Source: Phoronis australis (Eukaryota; Animalia; Phoronida). Taken from it: a DNA stretch of 64,000 bases. Each line of letters starts with the position of its first letter. The stretch's first letter is position 1. Positions 49,977-62,044 of this stretch are shown one piece after another. Under the pieces are notes generated by a model. The model saw nothing but the letters and a program-made list of their open reading frames with translations, made no database searches and was not told the origin of the DNA. The stretch lies in NCBI GenBank assembly GCA_002633005.1, contig NMRA01000841.1, forward strand, positions 55,911 through 119,910. The letters are read 5' to 3'. The translations under genes and the position numbers were made by a program.

Positions 49977-51050
49977 ATGCCACACTGTTGCTGCGTACCG
50001 GGATGTAGTAATTATCGGCTCACGCGCGCTTTGGGAGTGCCTTTGCATCGCTTTCCGATGGATGACACACTTCGCCGTACTTGGCTCGTTCGTGTGAAGA
50101 ACGCAGCGTTACCCGTCCACGCAACGTACAAAGCAGTGGAGAATTACCGTGTGTGTGGCAAGCACTTTCTGCCGTCCGATTACGAAAGGGATTTGTACGC
50201 TGAACTGATGAAGGTCCCCGCGAAACAACGCTTGAAGAAGGATGCCATTCCGTCTGTGTTGATTCCCGGCAGTGCCCCGTCGCCACCCCCGAGAAGTGCG
50301 TTTTTGAAGCGAGAAGCCTCGCGAGCTGTGGCCAGTACAGTGACTGGAGCCAGTGGAGGCACTTCATCTACTGTCACCCGTGCCTCCGAACGTACCCCAG
50401 AGCGTGCAATTCCTGGAACCAGTAGTGATTCGCCCTGTGCTGTTTTCTCCAGCCCAGAGCCTCTAAGCAGCCCTGCAGCGATATTGAGTAGTGGGAGTGA
50501 TTACAGGCCCAGTTCGACACCCAGTGAAGAGGACAGTTCGTCGTCCAGTGAACAGATCGGTGAGCCAAACTTTGATAAGTTTATTGTGGACTTGTCTAAA
50601 GTGTTGGAGCTATTTAGAAGGTGCCAGGTGTGTGGCGAGGGAGTCACACGACACAATGTAAGCAGTTTGGGTGCTCAGGTCACCATCCAGTGGGAGTGTG
50701 TCACGGGACACTCTGGCAAGTGGGACAGTTGTTCCTCTGTCCGTGGTATGCCGGAGGTCCACTTAACCATGTCCAGTGGTGTGCTCTTCACTGGAAACAC
50801 GTTTCAGTCGGTGAAGACAATGATGGACTTTGGAAAAGTCAAGTTTTTTTTTCGAAAACAACATTCAACAACATTCAGAATTCCTATTTAATACCAGTTG
50901 TCAATGACGCATACATGTCACAACATCTCGAGTTGGTGGCGGAATTCATGGAGAAGGAGAACTTGTCTGACTCACCAGGGCGGTCCGCCAAGTATACCAC
51001 ATACACTCTAATGGAGGAAGAGACCAAAAAGATAATTGATGTGGAACTCG
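49977..51050 (+). pseudogene. THAP-domain Kolobok-type transposase, frameshifted and truncated
   Basis: Intact THAP (CCVPGC..LHRFP..W..VCGKHF..L..AIPS), then CxxC/CxxGHxxxW region. Frameshift at poly-T about 50845-50852 continues into DSPGRSAKYTTYTLM...KIIDVEL. The usual GDGR preceding DSPG and the rest of the DDE core are missing. Confidence 0.85.
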
Positions 51051-51319
51051 GAACAGCACAAGCATTCAATTGAGGTAGGCATAACAACGCACACAGTGCA
51101 TTTGCACCAAGATGTGTCACCACGTCTGTCTTCAGTAGCCGCCTCGTTTCTCTCAACAGCTGCCTGTGCCTGTGTGTACTCTGCCTCGTTGTACTCGGGC
51201 TCAAACATGTACCCACCCACTGAATGTCCGTGAAAAAATTCCTCGTCACCACTGCTGTGAACAAGGTCTCCGTCACTCACACTACTGTCACTGTGATACG
51301 GGTCACCGACTCCAGCCAT
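51045..51319 (-). pseudogene. KolX-like / P2X7-ballast-like Cys-rich protein, N-terminal fragment
   Basis: MAGVGDP...GGYMFEPEY...RRGDTSWCKCTVCVVMPTSIECLCCSE: Y.FEP plus WC.C..C..M....EC.CC.E motif. Cut off where it meets the transposase fragment. Confidence 0.75.
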
Positions 51320-51664
51320 TTTCAGCTTACAACACACTAAACAATCCCTAAATCCAACGCAGTTGAGTTCTCTACTAACCTATCTTGCCGCAGAATACTC
51401 GCCGATGGAAAGTGGTGGCGACAATTGGTGAAAAATAGCACAAAACAAAAGTAGAATAGAACAGATTCGCACAGTAAGCTCAACGCAAAACCAAGTGGCG
51501 GGAAGCGCTTGCCTCCTAAAACGTCACTTCCGGAAAAGCGGACGAGTAATTAATAAAATTACGAAAAGCTGTAATTAAGTGAAAAATATGTCTAGGATAA
51601 CCAACCAACCTTATTTTAGCTCAAAATGACATGGAAAAAGGTTGCCTTCGCCTTTAAGGGTTAA

Positions 51665-52811
51665 AGGCGAGGGCAACCTTTTCTCATGTCTTGTTTAGCA
51701 AAACTAAAGTTCGTTGGTTATCCCAGACATGTTTTCCACTTAATTACAGCTTTTCGTAATGTAATTAATTATTCGTTCTCTACTCTGGAAGTGACGTTTT
51801 GGGAGGCAAGAATTTTGCGCCAATTTCTCTTCATATAGTCTGACTGTGAGAGCTGCCGAGTCGGTCATTGTTCTATCTCGGTTGTGATAAGTTCGGTCGT
51901 TGGCGTTTGTTCGAGTCAGTCATCATGCCACACTGTTGCTGCGTACCGGGATGTAGGTCTATTCATTATCATCTCACTGACGGAGGAACAACTGTCACAC
52001 TTCCCCAAGTGTCCCGCGACACACTCCCACTGCATAGTGATTGTAATGTTTGGATAAACATATAACAGATATATTACTCATGCATGCCAGTTAGTGCAAG
52101 ACTATAGTTTAATTGATTCTGAGTAAAGGAAGTTCTATATATGGTATTACCACTTCCATAGTAGGAATTGCGTGCTGCTTAGTAATTGTTCTATATAAGC
52201 CACCTTGTAGAGAATTAAGTTAGCCCCAATAAAATATTTGACACAGCAAGTCTTATATTCTGACTTCGTAATATCAGAATATTACAGTGACCTGAGCACA
52301 CAAACTGCTTACGCCCCTCCGTGTGACTCCCTCGCCACACACCTGGCACCTTCTAAATTGCTCCAATATTTTAGACAAGTCCACAATAAACTTATCAAAG
52401 TTTGGCTCACCGATCTGTTCATTGAACGATGAACTGTACTCTTCACTGGGCTTGTATTCACTCCCACTACTCAACATCGTAACAGGGCTGCTTACAGGCT
52501 TTGGGCCATAATGAGTACATCCTGGTACGCAGCAACGGTGTGGCATGTTGACTTACTCTTAAGCAAAAGCAAACGACGATCGAACTTATCACAACCGAGG
52601 TAGATCAATGACTGACTCGACAGCTCTCATAGTCAGACTATATGAAAAGAAATTGGCGCAAAATTCTTGCCACCCAAAACGTCACTTCCAGAGTAGAGAA
52701 CAAATAATTAATTAAAGTACGAAAAACTGTAATTAAGTGGAAAATATGTCTGAGATAACCAACGAACCTTATTTTTGCTAAAAATGACATAAAGAAAGGT
52801 TGCCTTTGCCT
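51665..52811. mobile_element. Kolobok-type element built from two left ends in inverted orientation
   Basis: TTAA at 51661-51664 and 52812-52815. Both arms (about 290 bp) extend past the TIR into the THAP start ATGCCACAC (51926 on +, 52546 on -). Confidence 0.85.
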
Positions 52812-53303
52812 TTAAAAGGAGCTATAAGAAGAAACAAGCTACACTTAAGTGCAAGTTTAATTTTAATAACCTAATCATTGAAATTGAGAATAAATTTCTT
52901 GACTTTGACATAGGGGTTGCTTGCTCATACAGGCGTACAAGTTTAAGCACAACTGAAATCCGCCATATTGACTATTTTAGGTCCTTGAATTCAGAGTTGT
53001 GAGTTTGAGTTGAGTGAAATCACACCTGTTGATGAAGAAAAAGTCCAAAGGACACAAATCTAGTACTAATTTCTCACGATATCTTCTCATGTTAATTTGC
53101 AAGTTTCGCGCGTTTTGCTCGGCCTTTGCCTAAATCGCGTGACTCAGTTGAAATACTACTTTGTGGTTATTTCACGCTCGGTGAAAAAGTAATGGTGACC
53201 AAAAAAGTGTAGTTGGAATTCTTCGCCAAAGTCACCTTAATTCTCGTAGCTATGCTTCATCGAAGATATGTTTAGAAGCAGAAGGGATCACTGAAGAAAC
53301 TAA

Positions 53304-54514
53304 CAGGGCTCGACATAACGAGCTGCAGGTCGCATTTGCGACCTGAAATTTGGAAATGCGAGCTGAGATTTTGGCCAGCTCGCATTAAGTCGCAAAATGC
53401 GACTTGGAATTTCCAACATATGCGAGCTGAGTTTTTAAACTTCGTGGCAGATACCTAGGAAATATAGAGCAACTCGGGTGATTCCGACCGTTATTTGGTT
53501 GTTGCCAAATCAAGTTCAAAAGAACATTCATTGAGAAAAGCGCTCCAGATGACTTGTAAACATGTCGCATGAACAAGGGAATGCAGAATTAGTCTTTGAC
53601 GCATTTTATTGACCAATACTTTCGGCTTTTTGCCAATTTCCGGATGTGCCGAAGAAAGTTTCGGACCTCGGAATAACACGTGATAATACGTCAGAAAGCA
53701 GCGGTGTTTCTACTAATTCTTAAACGACGAAATTACCAAGCTTAGTGGTGGAAAAACATTTATTTTTCATGTAAGGTGTCCTTAATATCAAATTAGGGCA
53801 ACACCCACGGCAATATGCCTGATNGGCTTTTTATGTCATGGAAAACTAATTGACTACGTACCGGTAAACAGCATAAGTCCCACATTTTTTGTTGTGAAAT
53901 TTGCAGTGAATTGTTTCCATGTATCAATATGTCATTCAGCAAGTAGGGCAACGTTTCATGAATTTCTTCCGACAGGATATTTTTTCAAACGTTAAGTTGA
54001 AAAGTTTGACCTGCGAACAAATGGAAGGAATTTGCACTCAGCAGTTATCAATCTTTGGATCTTTAACGACTTTGATGACAGTCATATAGCAAGTCAGTCC
54101 TAGAAAAGTCACCGATACTTTTTCAACGTGTATTTTCTTCTTTTTCACGTTGCACACTTAGCTAATCGAATACATGTGTCGGTTAGAGAGCACTGATTTA
54201 ACTTTCACGTCGGCAACTGCCTTGCGCTCCAGGGTCTTTCACTGGATGGCGCCAGTGAAGAATGGTAACGTGGTGCATGCATGATATGCTTGTAAGAACT
54301 CAGTTTTGCGACATGAAATTTTTGAGTATTTAACGTCGCAAGAGCATAATCTAGGCATTTTCTTATGATGTAAAAGCCAATTTTGGTCCGTAAAATGGCA
54401 GGAAATTTTCGCGACCTGGAATTTATGAATGCGAGCTGAATTTTGAAAATGCGACCTAGGATTTTGGCTTGGTCGCAAAATGCGACCTGGCGATTTTCAT
54501 AGCGTCGAGCCCTG
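53304..54514. mobile_element. hAT-like non-autonomous element with 5-bp direct flanks
   Basis: TIR CAGGGCTCGAC / GTCGAGCCCTG, subterminal TGCGACC/TGCGAGCTG repeats, ACTAA on both sides. It interrupts the repeat homologous to 46050-46420. Confidence 0.85.
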
Positions 54515-54832
54515 ACTAAGCGCTTTTTGAAGTTACAGTTTTAGTGCAGAATGTATTTTTGACGAGATGAAAACTCTTAATCAGTGAGCGGATTTCGCCT
54601 GCAGCCCGTTTAAAATACACAGGACGAATTTAGTACAGAAAACGATGTAGCCCCTTACCAGCCAACCGAGGGGTAGGCGACAGGTAGGTAGCCCTTTGCT
54701 GGTCAAAATGTGGAACAGGGAGTCCAAATCCTGATTAGGGCATGCTACATGGGGTGCATAATGCTTGATGAAGGCTTAAAGTATGTCTGACGTAACTCAT
54801 TTCTTATCGCTTCAGGATTTCAGTAAGTTACC

Positions 54833-57800
54833 ATGGAGAGGGAACTTGATACTTTTCAGTTACCACCATCCTTCAAGCATAAACTTAATGATGCAGGCTA
54901 TTTGACTGTAGCTGACATAAGGAATACTGGACCTGTTGACCTTAGTAAAGGTAGTTACAAGGGTGGCATTTAACGACATTGTTCTCTCAATCGATTGTTT
55001 TTACCTAAGACTGCATACTCGTCCGCCAATGCCAAATGTAGTTCTTTGAGTGCCTTACCAGCAGAATATCAAATTTTGCTGTCGTTAAATTGTTTCAATA
55101 CCCTACTTCATTGTGTTTACGTTAAGATTCACTAATGCTTTTTAAATTCTTTAAGTAGCTTCAAAACATATCTTGGCTTGCCTGAGAAAAGCCTGACATG
55201 CTCTGCATAAATTGACAGGCTGTAACAAAACAACTAGACAAGTGGAGAGCATTCACAATTATCGCCATTTTTATTCTATTCCTATCTTTACATCAGAACT
55301 TGGTGTGTCGAGAGATGAAGCACTGGAGATTTTAGAGACTGTCAGAGGAAGAAGGGCTGGTGCTTCCAACGTAGACTCTCGCTCTATGACAGCTTATGAC
55401 ATGTTGACCAATGAAAAGCTACAACAGGCGATCATCACATTTTCCGAGGCTGTTGACAACATGCTGGGAGGAGGAGTGCCATTAACCAAGGTGACTGAAA
55501 TATGTGGAGCTCCAGGTGTTGGCAAAACACAACTCAGGTAGGTGTGGATTCTTGATTTCTGACGCTTCTAAATGAGGTCTAGTGGTAGGCAAAATTGATT
55601 CTGGGCTGCTAAGCCGCATTCTTTTTTTCAACTATACAACTAAGTGCTAATATATTAGTTAATTAGGAGCTATGTTTTTTAAAAGGGGCTTATTAACACC
55701 TGACCTGGCATGAAAGTCTCATTTTAAAAACATGTCATAATGCATATTGATGTACACTTTGAAAAACCAACCACAGTTGTTTATACTCTTTTAAACATAT
55801 TTCAAATATATTTTAAACATATTTGTGTTTCAGCATTCAGCTGGCCGTGGATGTTCAGATTCCCGAATGTTTTGGTGGTGTTGATGGGGAGGCTGTGTAT
55901 ATCGACACTGAGGGCAGCTTCGTGGTGGAGAGAGTGGTAGACGTGGCTAAAGCCTGCATTGATCACTGCAAAGAGATAGCAGAGTCTGCTGATACTAATG
56001 GTGGGTTGCTGTGCTTTCAGGTAGATGTAGTTTTCATGTGCGTGTTATGAGCCAGGGCTCTCAATCCTTAGATATTGTGTACCTCCCGAAACTATTAAAA
56101 ATCGTGCAAAATTCCACTTATCGTATTAAAAAGTTACCCCCTGAATGATTAAGAATTCCCCTCATGGTTTTACCTTCAGACAATCTCAAAATTTCGTATT
56201 TGAATGATGACTTGAACGGCATGACTAAGACAAAAAAGACGCCCTGTTTCAAGACAACCTCTGCGAAAACACTGGCTAAACGAAGAATTTTAACATTTCT
56301 ATTGAAGCCTACAATCGGTTGTTTTAGTGCGGTAAATATCCAGACATAACTCGAGATTAAAGACTTTTGCCATCTATTTCTAACAAAAGTATCACAATGA
56401 CGATCGGCAAATACTGGCAGCCATGTTTTTGGAGGAATACCTCCGAGCTCTGTGACGTCATATTGACCTCATACAGAACCCCCCGCATATGACGAGTGTT
56501 GAGAAATATTGCATCTAGTGCTAATTACCCATACAATGGCTCTAATTTTTGAAATTGAAGTACACAGTCCCGAAGTTCAAAGTATTTGCCGTACACCTAT
56601 TGCTAGTTGTTTCGGTACTCTTTAAGTAATTTGACAGAGCAGCCAACTTGAAGGGGGAGAATATACATGTTGAAAAAATGATCATATCTGCCAAAATTCT
56701 AGGACTGACCTGCCGTACAAATGTCATCAGTGTCATTGAACATGCAAACCAGATAAGAGTAAGGGTAAACTTTTTCAGTTTGTTCACAGTGTTCTGTTGC
56801 AACTCCAACAAATGAATAAAAAATTTATCAAAGAATCCACCTAGGGCAAATGACATATGTCGATGTGCGAGAATCATGCAGTGCAAACTTCACGAGAAAC
56901 ATATGTGGTTACATGTTCAATGAGTAACTTTAGTGCATGAAAGTACAAGCCTCGAAGTACTTCAATTTTGTGTGGAATTTCATCAAATTGGGCTATTCGA
57001 GTTTGCTCCTATGGCATTATATTCTGTATATGGAAAAATAGGTTTGCCAGACACGTGCTCAGCACATGTCACTATGGCTCTGAACCAGGCAGGGATTTGG
57101 ATCTTAAAACTGCAATAAAAGAATGGTTGTTTTTTTCAAATAAATTTGTTGTAGCCTAGTCTGCAAGACTTGTTCAATTTGGCCCTGGTAAGTGTCAATT
57201 TCAACAAAACGTCCATTTGTAAGTCACTTTTCTTCGAACAGGACTGCACCCTGAATCTAGAATCGGATAATTGAACTTGTGTCTTGTTTGTTTGTTTTTC
57301 TTACACTCTAAACATGTGATGCACATTTACAATATTATCGCTTTCTTATTTATGAGTGTATGTATAAAATTTTACTATTTTAACACAAATTTTATTAGCA
57401 GGTTCTACGACTGCTCTTGAGGAACTCACCCTTGAAAAGATGCTGGGAAGAATCCATTACTTTAGATGCTTAGACTATGTACAGCTGTTGGCCGTGGTAC
57501 ATTTGTTGGACAAATTTCTTGCAGAACATCCCAAGGTAAGGTTCACTATGTTGCCACTATGTTTTTTGTGGTGACCTGTATTTAACTGTACACGTTCCAG
57601 TTAATATTTCATGCTGTTGTTAATCATGCACTGTTTTTTTTTCCATACGAAATGGAGGTGAATTTCAGTGTGATCAAACTTTCTGGTGGCGTATTTCATT
57701 TTCTGAGGTTGTCTATTAAGTCATTTTCTGTTACTATTCATTATTAAAAATCACCATCTTTATTCTGCCATCTTTCTACAGGTAAAGCTTGTTGTGGTTG

Positions 57801-59284
57801 ACAGTATTGCCTTCCCATTCCGTCATGATTTTACCGATATGGCTTTACGCACTAGACTGTTGAATGGACTGGCACAGAAGTTCTTGCGCTACGCAACAGA
57901 CCACATGCTAGCTGTAAGTCTGTTATTAGAGCTGCATTTGCACAGGAGACAGTTGTCATGGAGCGACTAACACGCAACAGCTGTTTGGGCGCAAGTGTGT
58001 GTGTGTGTAACACCACTGACACAGAGCAAATTGACACCGCGGCGGTCATTTTTGACACCAGTTTGTAGAGCGAGTAACACTCGATCAGTTGCTCCAGTGT
58101 CAAGTACACATCTAAACGCAACTGGCGTAGGGCAGAAAGGGATCATCTTTTGATGCGTTTGCGCAATAGGATGTATGCAGGTGATCCGCTAGAATTCCAC
58201 ATGGCTTGGATGTTCGCTATTGTTTATGCGAGCATGTGCAGACAGTCTTTGTGTAAATGACTCATGCTGAACCAGTGGCCGATCTAATGTCTTGTAAATG
58301 CAACTTAAGTAGAGAAAGTTGCACCCTGATATCTTGCACCGTGACAACTCTTCCTTGTGTTAAAACAGCTAGTCGCTATTATACATGTGCATTTCCTACC
58401 CTATTTGCTTTAATGTTTGCCCAGATTGTCTTGCACCAAAATCCAAAATTAATTACAAGCTATTGCAGTCACACCTTTTCTTTTGTGGATTGATATAAAT
58501 GTTAAAATGTTCACTTGTATGCTGTTTAGATTTTAAAATATGTTAACTTACCTACTTGGTGTGACAGTCAAGCTATTTGATGAGTTCTTTTATTTTGTGT
58601 GTGTATTTCATATTCGCATTCTGCTATGTTGGATATATTGGATTTAGGTTGTACTGGTAAACCAGATGACTACCAAGTTTGGCAGTGGTAAGTCAGGACA
58701 GTCCTACCTGGTACCTGCCCTGGGTGAGAGCTGGGGCCATGCCAGCACCATTCGAGTGATACTCTACTGGGAGAATAGTCAGCGGTTCGCCCGCCTCTAC
58801 AAGTCACCATCGAAGGAGCAGGCCTCAGTTCCCTACCAGATTACAGTATGTAAACAAATTGAGTTAAGTTGAAAGTCTTTCTGTGCCGACCTAGTGTAAC
58901 TTGTTTTTTAGTGTTGTGTGTTAAATTTGATCTCTGCTTGTTCGTGTTCCCACAAATACGTAATATGGTTGTATGCTGACATCCTCTCTGACTTGGCATA
59001 CTCTAAACGCCTTTCTAAATACAGAGAGCATTTAAAGAATCTTTTTAAACTTTTGCAAGGGTGTTCCTGTGAAGGAGACATCAGCTGCTGTTGTTGGACT
59101 TGTGCCTAGGGGTAATGTATGCAGTGTTATCATTTCATGAATGAAACTCAGACTAGTTGAATGTCTGTTGGTATTTTAGTTGAGTGGAATCCGTGATGTG
59201 ACTAGTGACTCTACTGGTTTTGATCAAGAAGAAGAGATTGGTCAACCTGCTAAAAGACAAAAACTGGAAGAGACTGCTGAGTGA
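54833..59284 (+). CDS. RAD51C: DNA repair protein RAD51 homolog 3 (RAD51C), 7 coding exons
   Basis: Exons: 54833-54950 ([10 protein letters not shown]), 55297-55537 (Walker A GAPGVGKT), 55834-56000 ([26 protein letters not shown]), 57402-57535, 57782-57913 (Walker [16 protein letters not shown]), 58648-58845 ([25 protein letters not shown]), 59180-59284 (GIRD, NLS-like PAKRQK, TGA). Phases consistent. Confidence 0.96.
57927..58371. mobile_element. Degenerate MITE with TAG..CTA termini in RAD51C intron 5
   Basis: Imperfect about 40-bp inverted ends AGCTGCATTTGCACAGGAGACAGTTGTCATGG / CCGTGACAACTCTTCCTTGTGTTAAAACAGCT. Confidence 0.45.
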
Positions 59285-61071
59285 AATGCAGACATGCCTG
59301 TGTAAAATCTTGCTCAGACATTCAAACTTCACAAGTTGCCGGAAGCCTGACAAGTATAGCCATCTCAAGTTGGTAAGATCAAACCTTGCTATGAAGATCG
59401 ACGGTGTAATCCCTATGTTTGACATGTAAAATTTTGACAGTCCCTGAGACTGTACAGAATACTGTATTGTGCAGATGCACTTAGGAATATCAAAACTAGA
59501 GATATTCATTACACGCTGCTATTGTTCATTTTAACCTCAGCTGGACCTCTGTTGAGAAGGTACATCTGTGGTGTCGTATGTATGACTGTAAACTTGTTTT
59601 ACTGAAAAGTCGGTCATATTTTTATGAGCAGGAAATACATGACATGTAAATGTCTTCACAGTCAACCTTTTGGCACCTTGGAACTAATACAGATTTGCAA
59701 AACACACACACAGTGTGATATGTTTTGCCACCAACTTTGTTTTGAAAGTTGTTGAGTAGCATGCAGTCTTCAACTCTGATCCAGTTCTTGTTTTCCCTGT
59801 TTTATTTCTTGCTTCTTGGCCAGTTAACAACTTTATATACTTCGATGACCTATTCTTTACCCAGGCATTTAAGTGGAAAGAAACGTTTTTTATGTTACAT
59901 AAATACAGATCTGTTTTTCTTGGAAATCATTTTTCCTGATGCAAGACTCTACTACACCCTCTACTGGAGTCTTGAACTATTGGTATCCAATTATTAACAG
60001 AAATTAAAGAGTATGATTTGTATTGTTCAAACATGTACTTTGCTTAGCAATGAAGAAATTCTACAGTTTTGTTCTTTAAAGAAAGTTCACACGGAGATGG
60101 CATATGATAATGCATAAAACTGCCATTTTAAAAAGGAAATTGTAGCGTTATTTATGCCTTTTTTGTTCAAAACTAGATTTATACTAAAAAATTGATGCAT
60201 AATTTTTGTCTAAGTTTGGCTATCTAATGTTCTACCCCTATTTTTGGGTTAAATTTATGCACTCTTTTTTTCACTGTTTTTGTGGGGAGCACATCGAGAA
60301 ATTGCTGTTGATATTGTTTAGTCTCTTGCGTATTTCAAAATTCCATATTTACCTCCTTCAGTAAATGTTGGTGGAGGTTGATATGTGATTGATAGTATAA
60401 ATTAGTTACAAACGTTATTTTATCATTTGTCTGTGGTGGCAACAGAAGTACTGTTATGATATTGACCATTTGAGTGAAAATAAAGACACCAATGCTCGGT
60501 AAAATCAAAATGAGCCAACGCTATAAAAAACGAGACCGTGCCGGACATTGAATGCAGAACTGCAGAATGAAAATTGATGTCATTCATTTCTCAGATTACG
60601 TCTTAGGTAAGATTTTAAAAAAATGTCCGATATTTTGTCTCTCTGCTGGGTATGGTCTTGGTAACACATGGCATTTTCACGACTGATCAAGTGCTGTGTT
60701 GGTCTGGAATTTGAATATGCGGCACGTCCTTACACAATAGTGGAAGAAAGCAACTGAACTGCTGGTATTTTTCATTGTCATTTTGAATGACCTTACCTTG
60801 TGTTACAAATGTGCATGTTAAGAGGATAACTTTTATATTATAATAATATATACATGTGTGTGTGTGCGTGCGTGCCTGCCTGCCTGCCTAAAAGCATAAA
60901 ATTTATATACAGATGAGTTATAAATAAATAAATAACTAAAAAGCACGACTGTTGTATGGATGAAATATAAACATACATGTTAACAAGCACTTTGAGACAT
61001 GTTTCTTTACTACTTCAGTACTACTATACTACTGCAATACTTTTAAATATTTTGACGGACACTACTTTTAT

Positions 61072-61908
61072 TTACATGTGAAAATTTCTACCATTGATAT
61101 TTCGCATAAACTGTGTACTGTGATATGATTGGGAATGAGGATGCTGGTATGAAGGCTGTGATTGCGGCTGTTCTGGATGTTGATGTGGTTGTGGATAAGG
61201 ATGAATGGCACTTTCCATGGTCTGGACCATTTGTCCCATCATGGCCATGAGACTGGTCATCTGAGCAGCCTCCTGCTGCTGTTGTTGTAAGAGGGCGCTT
61301 TGCTCTCTTGATAGCTCGTTGTGCCTCATGCCACTCATCTTGAGCTTTCAGGCTTTGCTTTATGGCCTCGTGTAAAGAGGCAGCCTCTCTGTCGTCCTGC
61401 TTTAATATCTTCTCCAACCATGCCGGAGCCTTGCCCTCCCACTGCTTCTGCTTGGTTGCGCTTGGCATGACAAGCCTTTATGGTGAAGCACATCCAGGTG
61501 TGGTCGGCCTGCTGCTTCCACTGGTGGAAGGCTCACTTGGTGTGTCACACCTGGAATCTTCATCCTCTGCATTGTCCTCACCTATAATAAGAATGTAATT
61601 TGATGAACATGATTAGCTACCAGTGTAATTGAACTTAAACGTCGCTTATGGTTTGTTACGTTTTGAAATAAAACATGGCTCATAACTTTAAGCATGGCTC
61701 AAAGTTTTTCAAAAATGGAAATGGGTATATTTTAATACCATAACGAGGCAAACATTTGACAGCACTATGAAAGGGATAGGTGCAGCATTGTATTCAGCAA
61801 GTCACTTCTTAACCAGTAACCATTTTCACTTACCACCATCATCCAGGAGGCTGTCTTCCTCACCATCACCATCCTAAGCTTGACTATCATTGTCATTCCT
61901 TTCAAAAT
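61072..61908 (-). pseudogene. Disrupted spliced coding remnant (acidic + coiled-coil + Q/P/H-rich tail), possibly the C-terminus of a transposon Myb/SANT-type accessory protein
   Basis: Exon-like blocks 61908-61834 and 61581-61072 with AG/GT signals in phase 1. In-frame TAG (61874-61876), TAA (61478-61480) and a frameshift between ORFs 61088-61468 and 61072-61338. Confidence 0.45.
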
Positions 61909-62044
61909 CTGAAAATGGAATATGGATAACGAATCAAAGAAACAATTATAGTATACACAATACAAATTGCTTTGCCGAATCATGAACCTCAGTCCTCGTG
62001 TATGTTGATAAAGGTTAATAATATACTTCTTTTCTTAATCTTTA

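Larger units (their letters stand above)
49712..51653 (+). mobile_element. Kolobok-type DNA transposon, internally deleted, 158-bp TIRs
   Basis: TTAA TSD at 49708-49711 and 51654-51657, AG..CT termini, near-perfect TIRs 49712-49869 / 51496-51653, convergent THAP-transposase and KolX-like ORFs. Confidence 0.92.

Noticed and set aside
49977-50891. THAP ORF as a domesticated host THAP gene or P-element
   Set aside because: Enclosed by TIRs with TTAA TSD, frameshifted, multi-copy within the window. Features fit Kolobok, not P (8-bp TSD) or a host gene.
60715-60745. CGTSLHN resembling the Harbinger transposase C..LHN motif
   Set aside because: Wrong spacing and no surrounding open frame or other DDE motifs.
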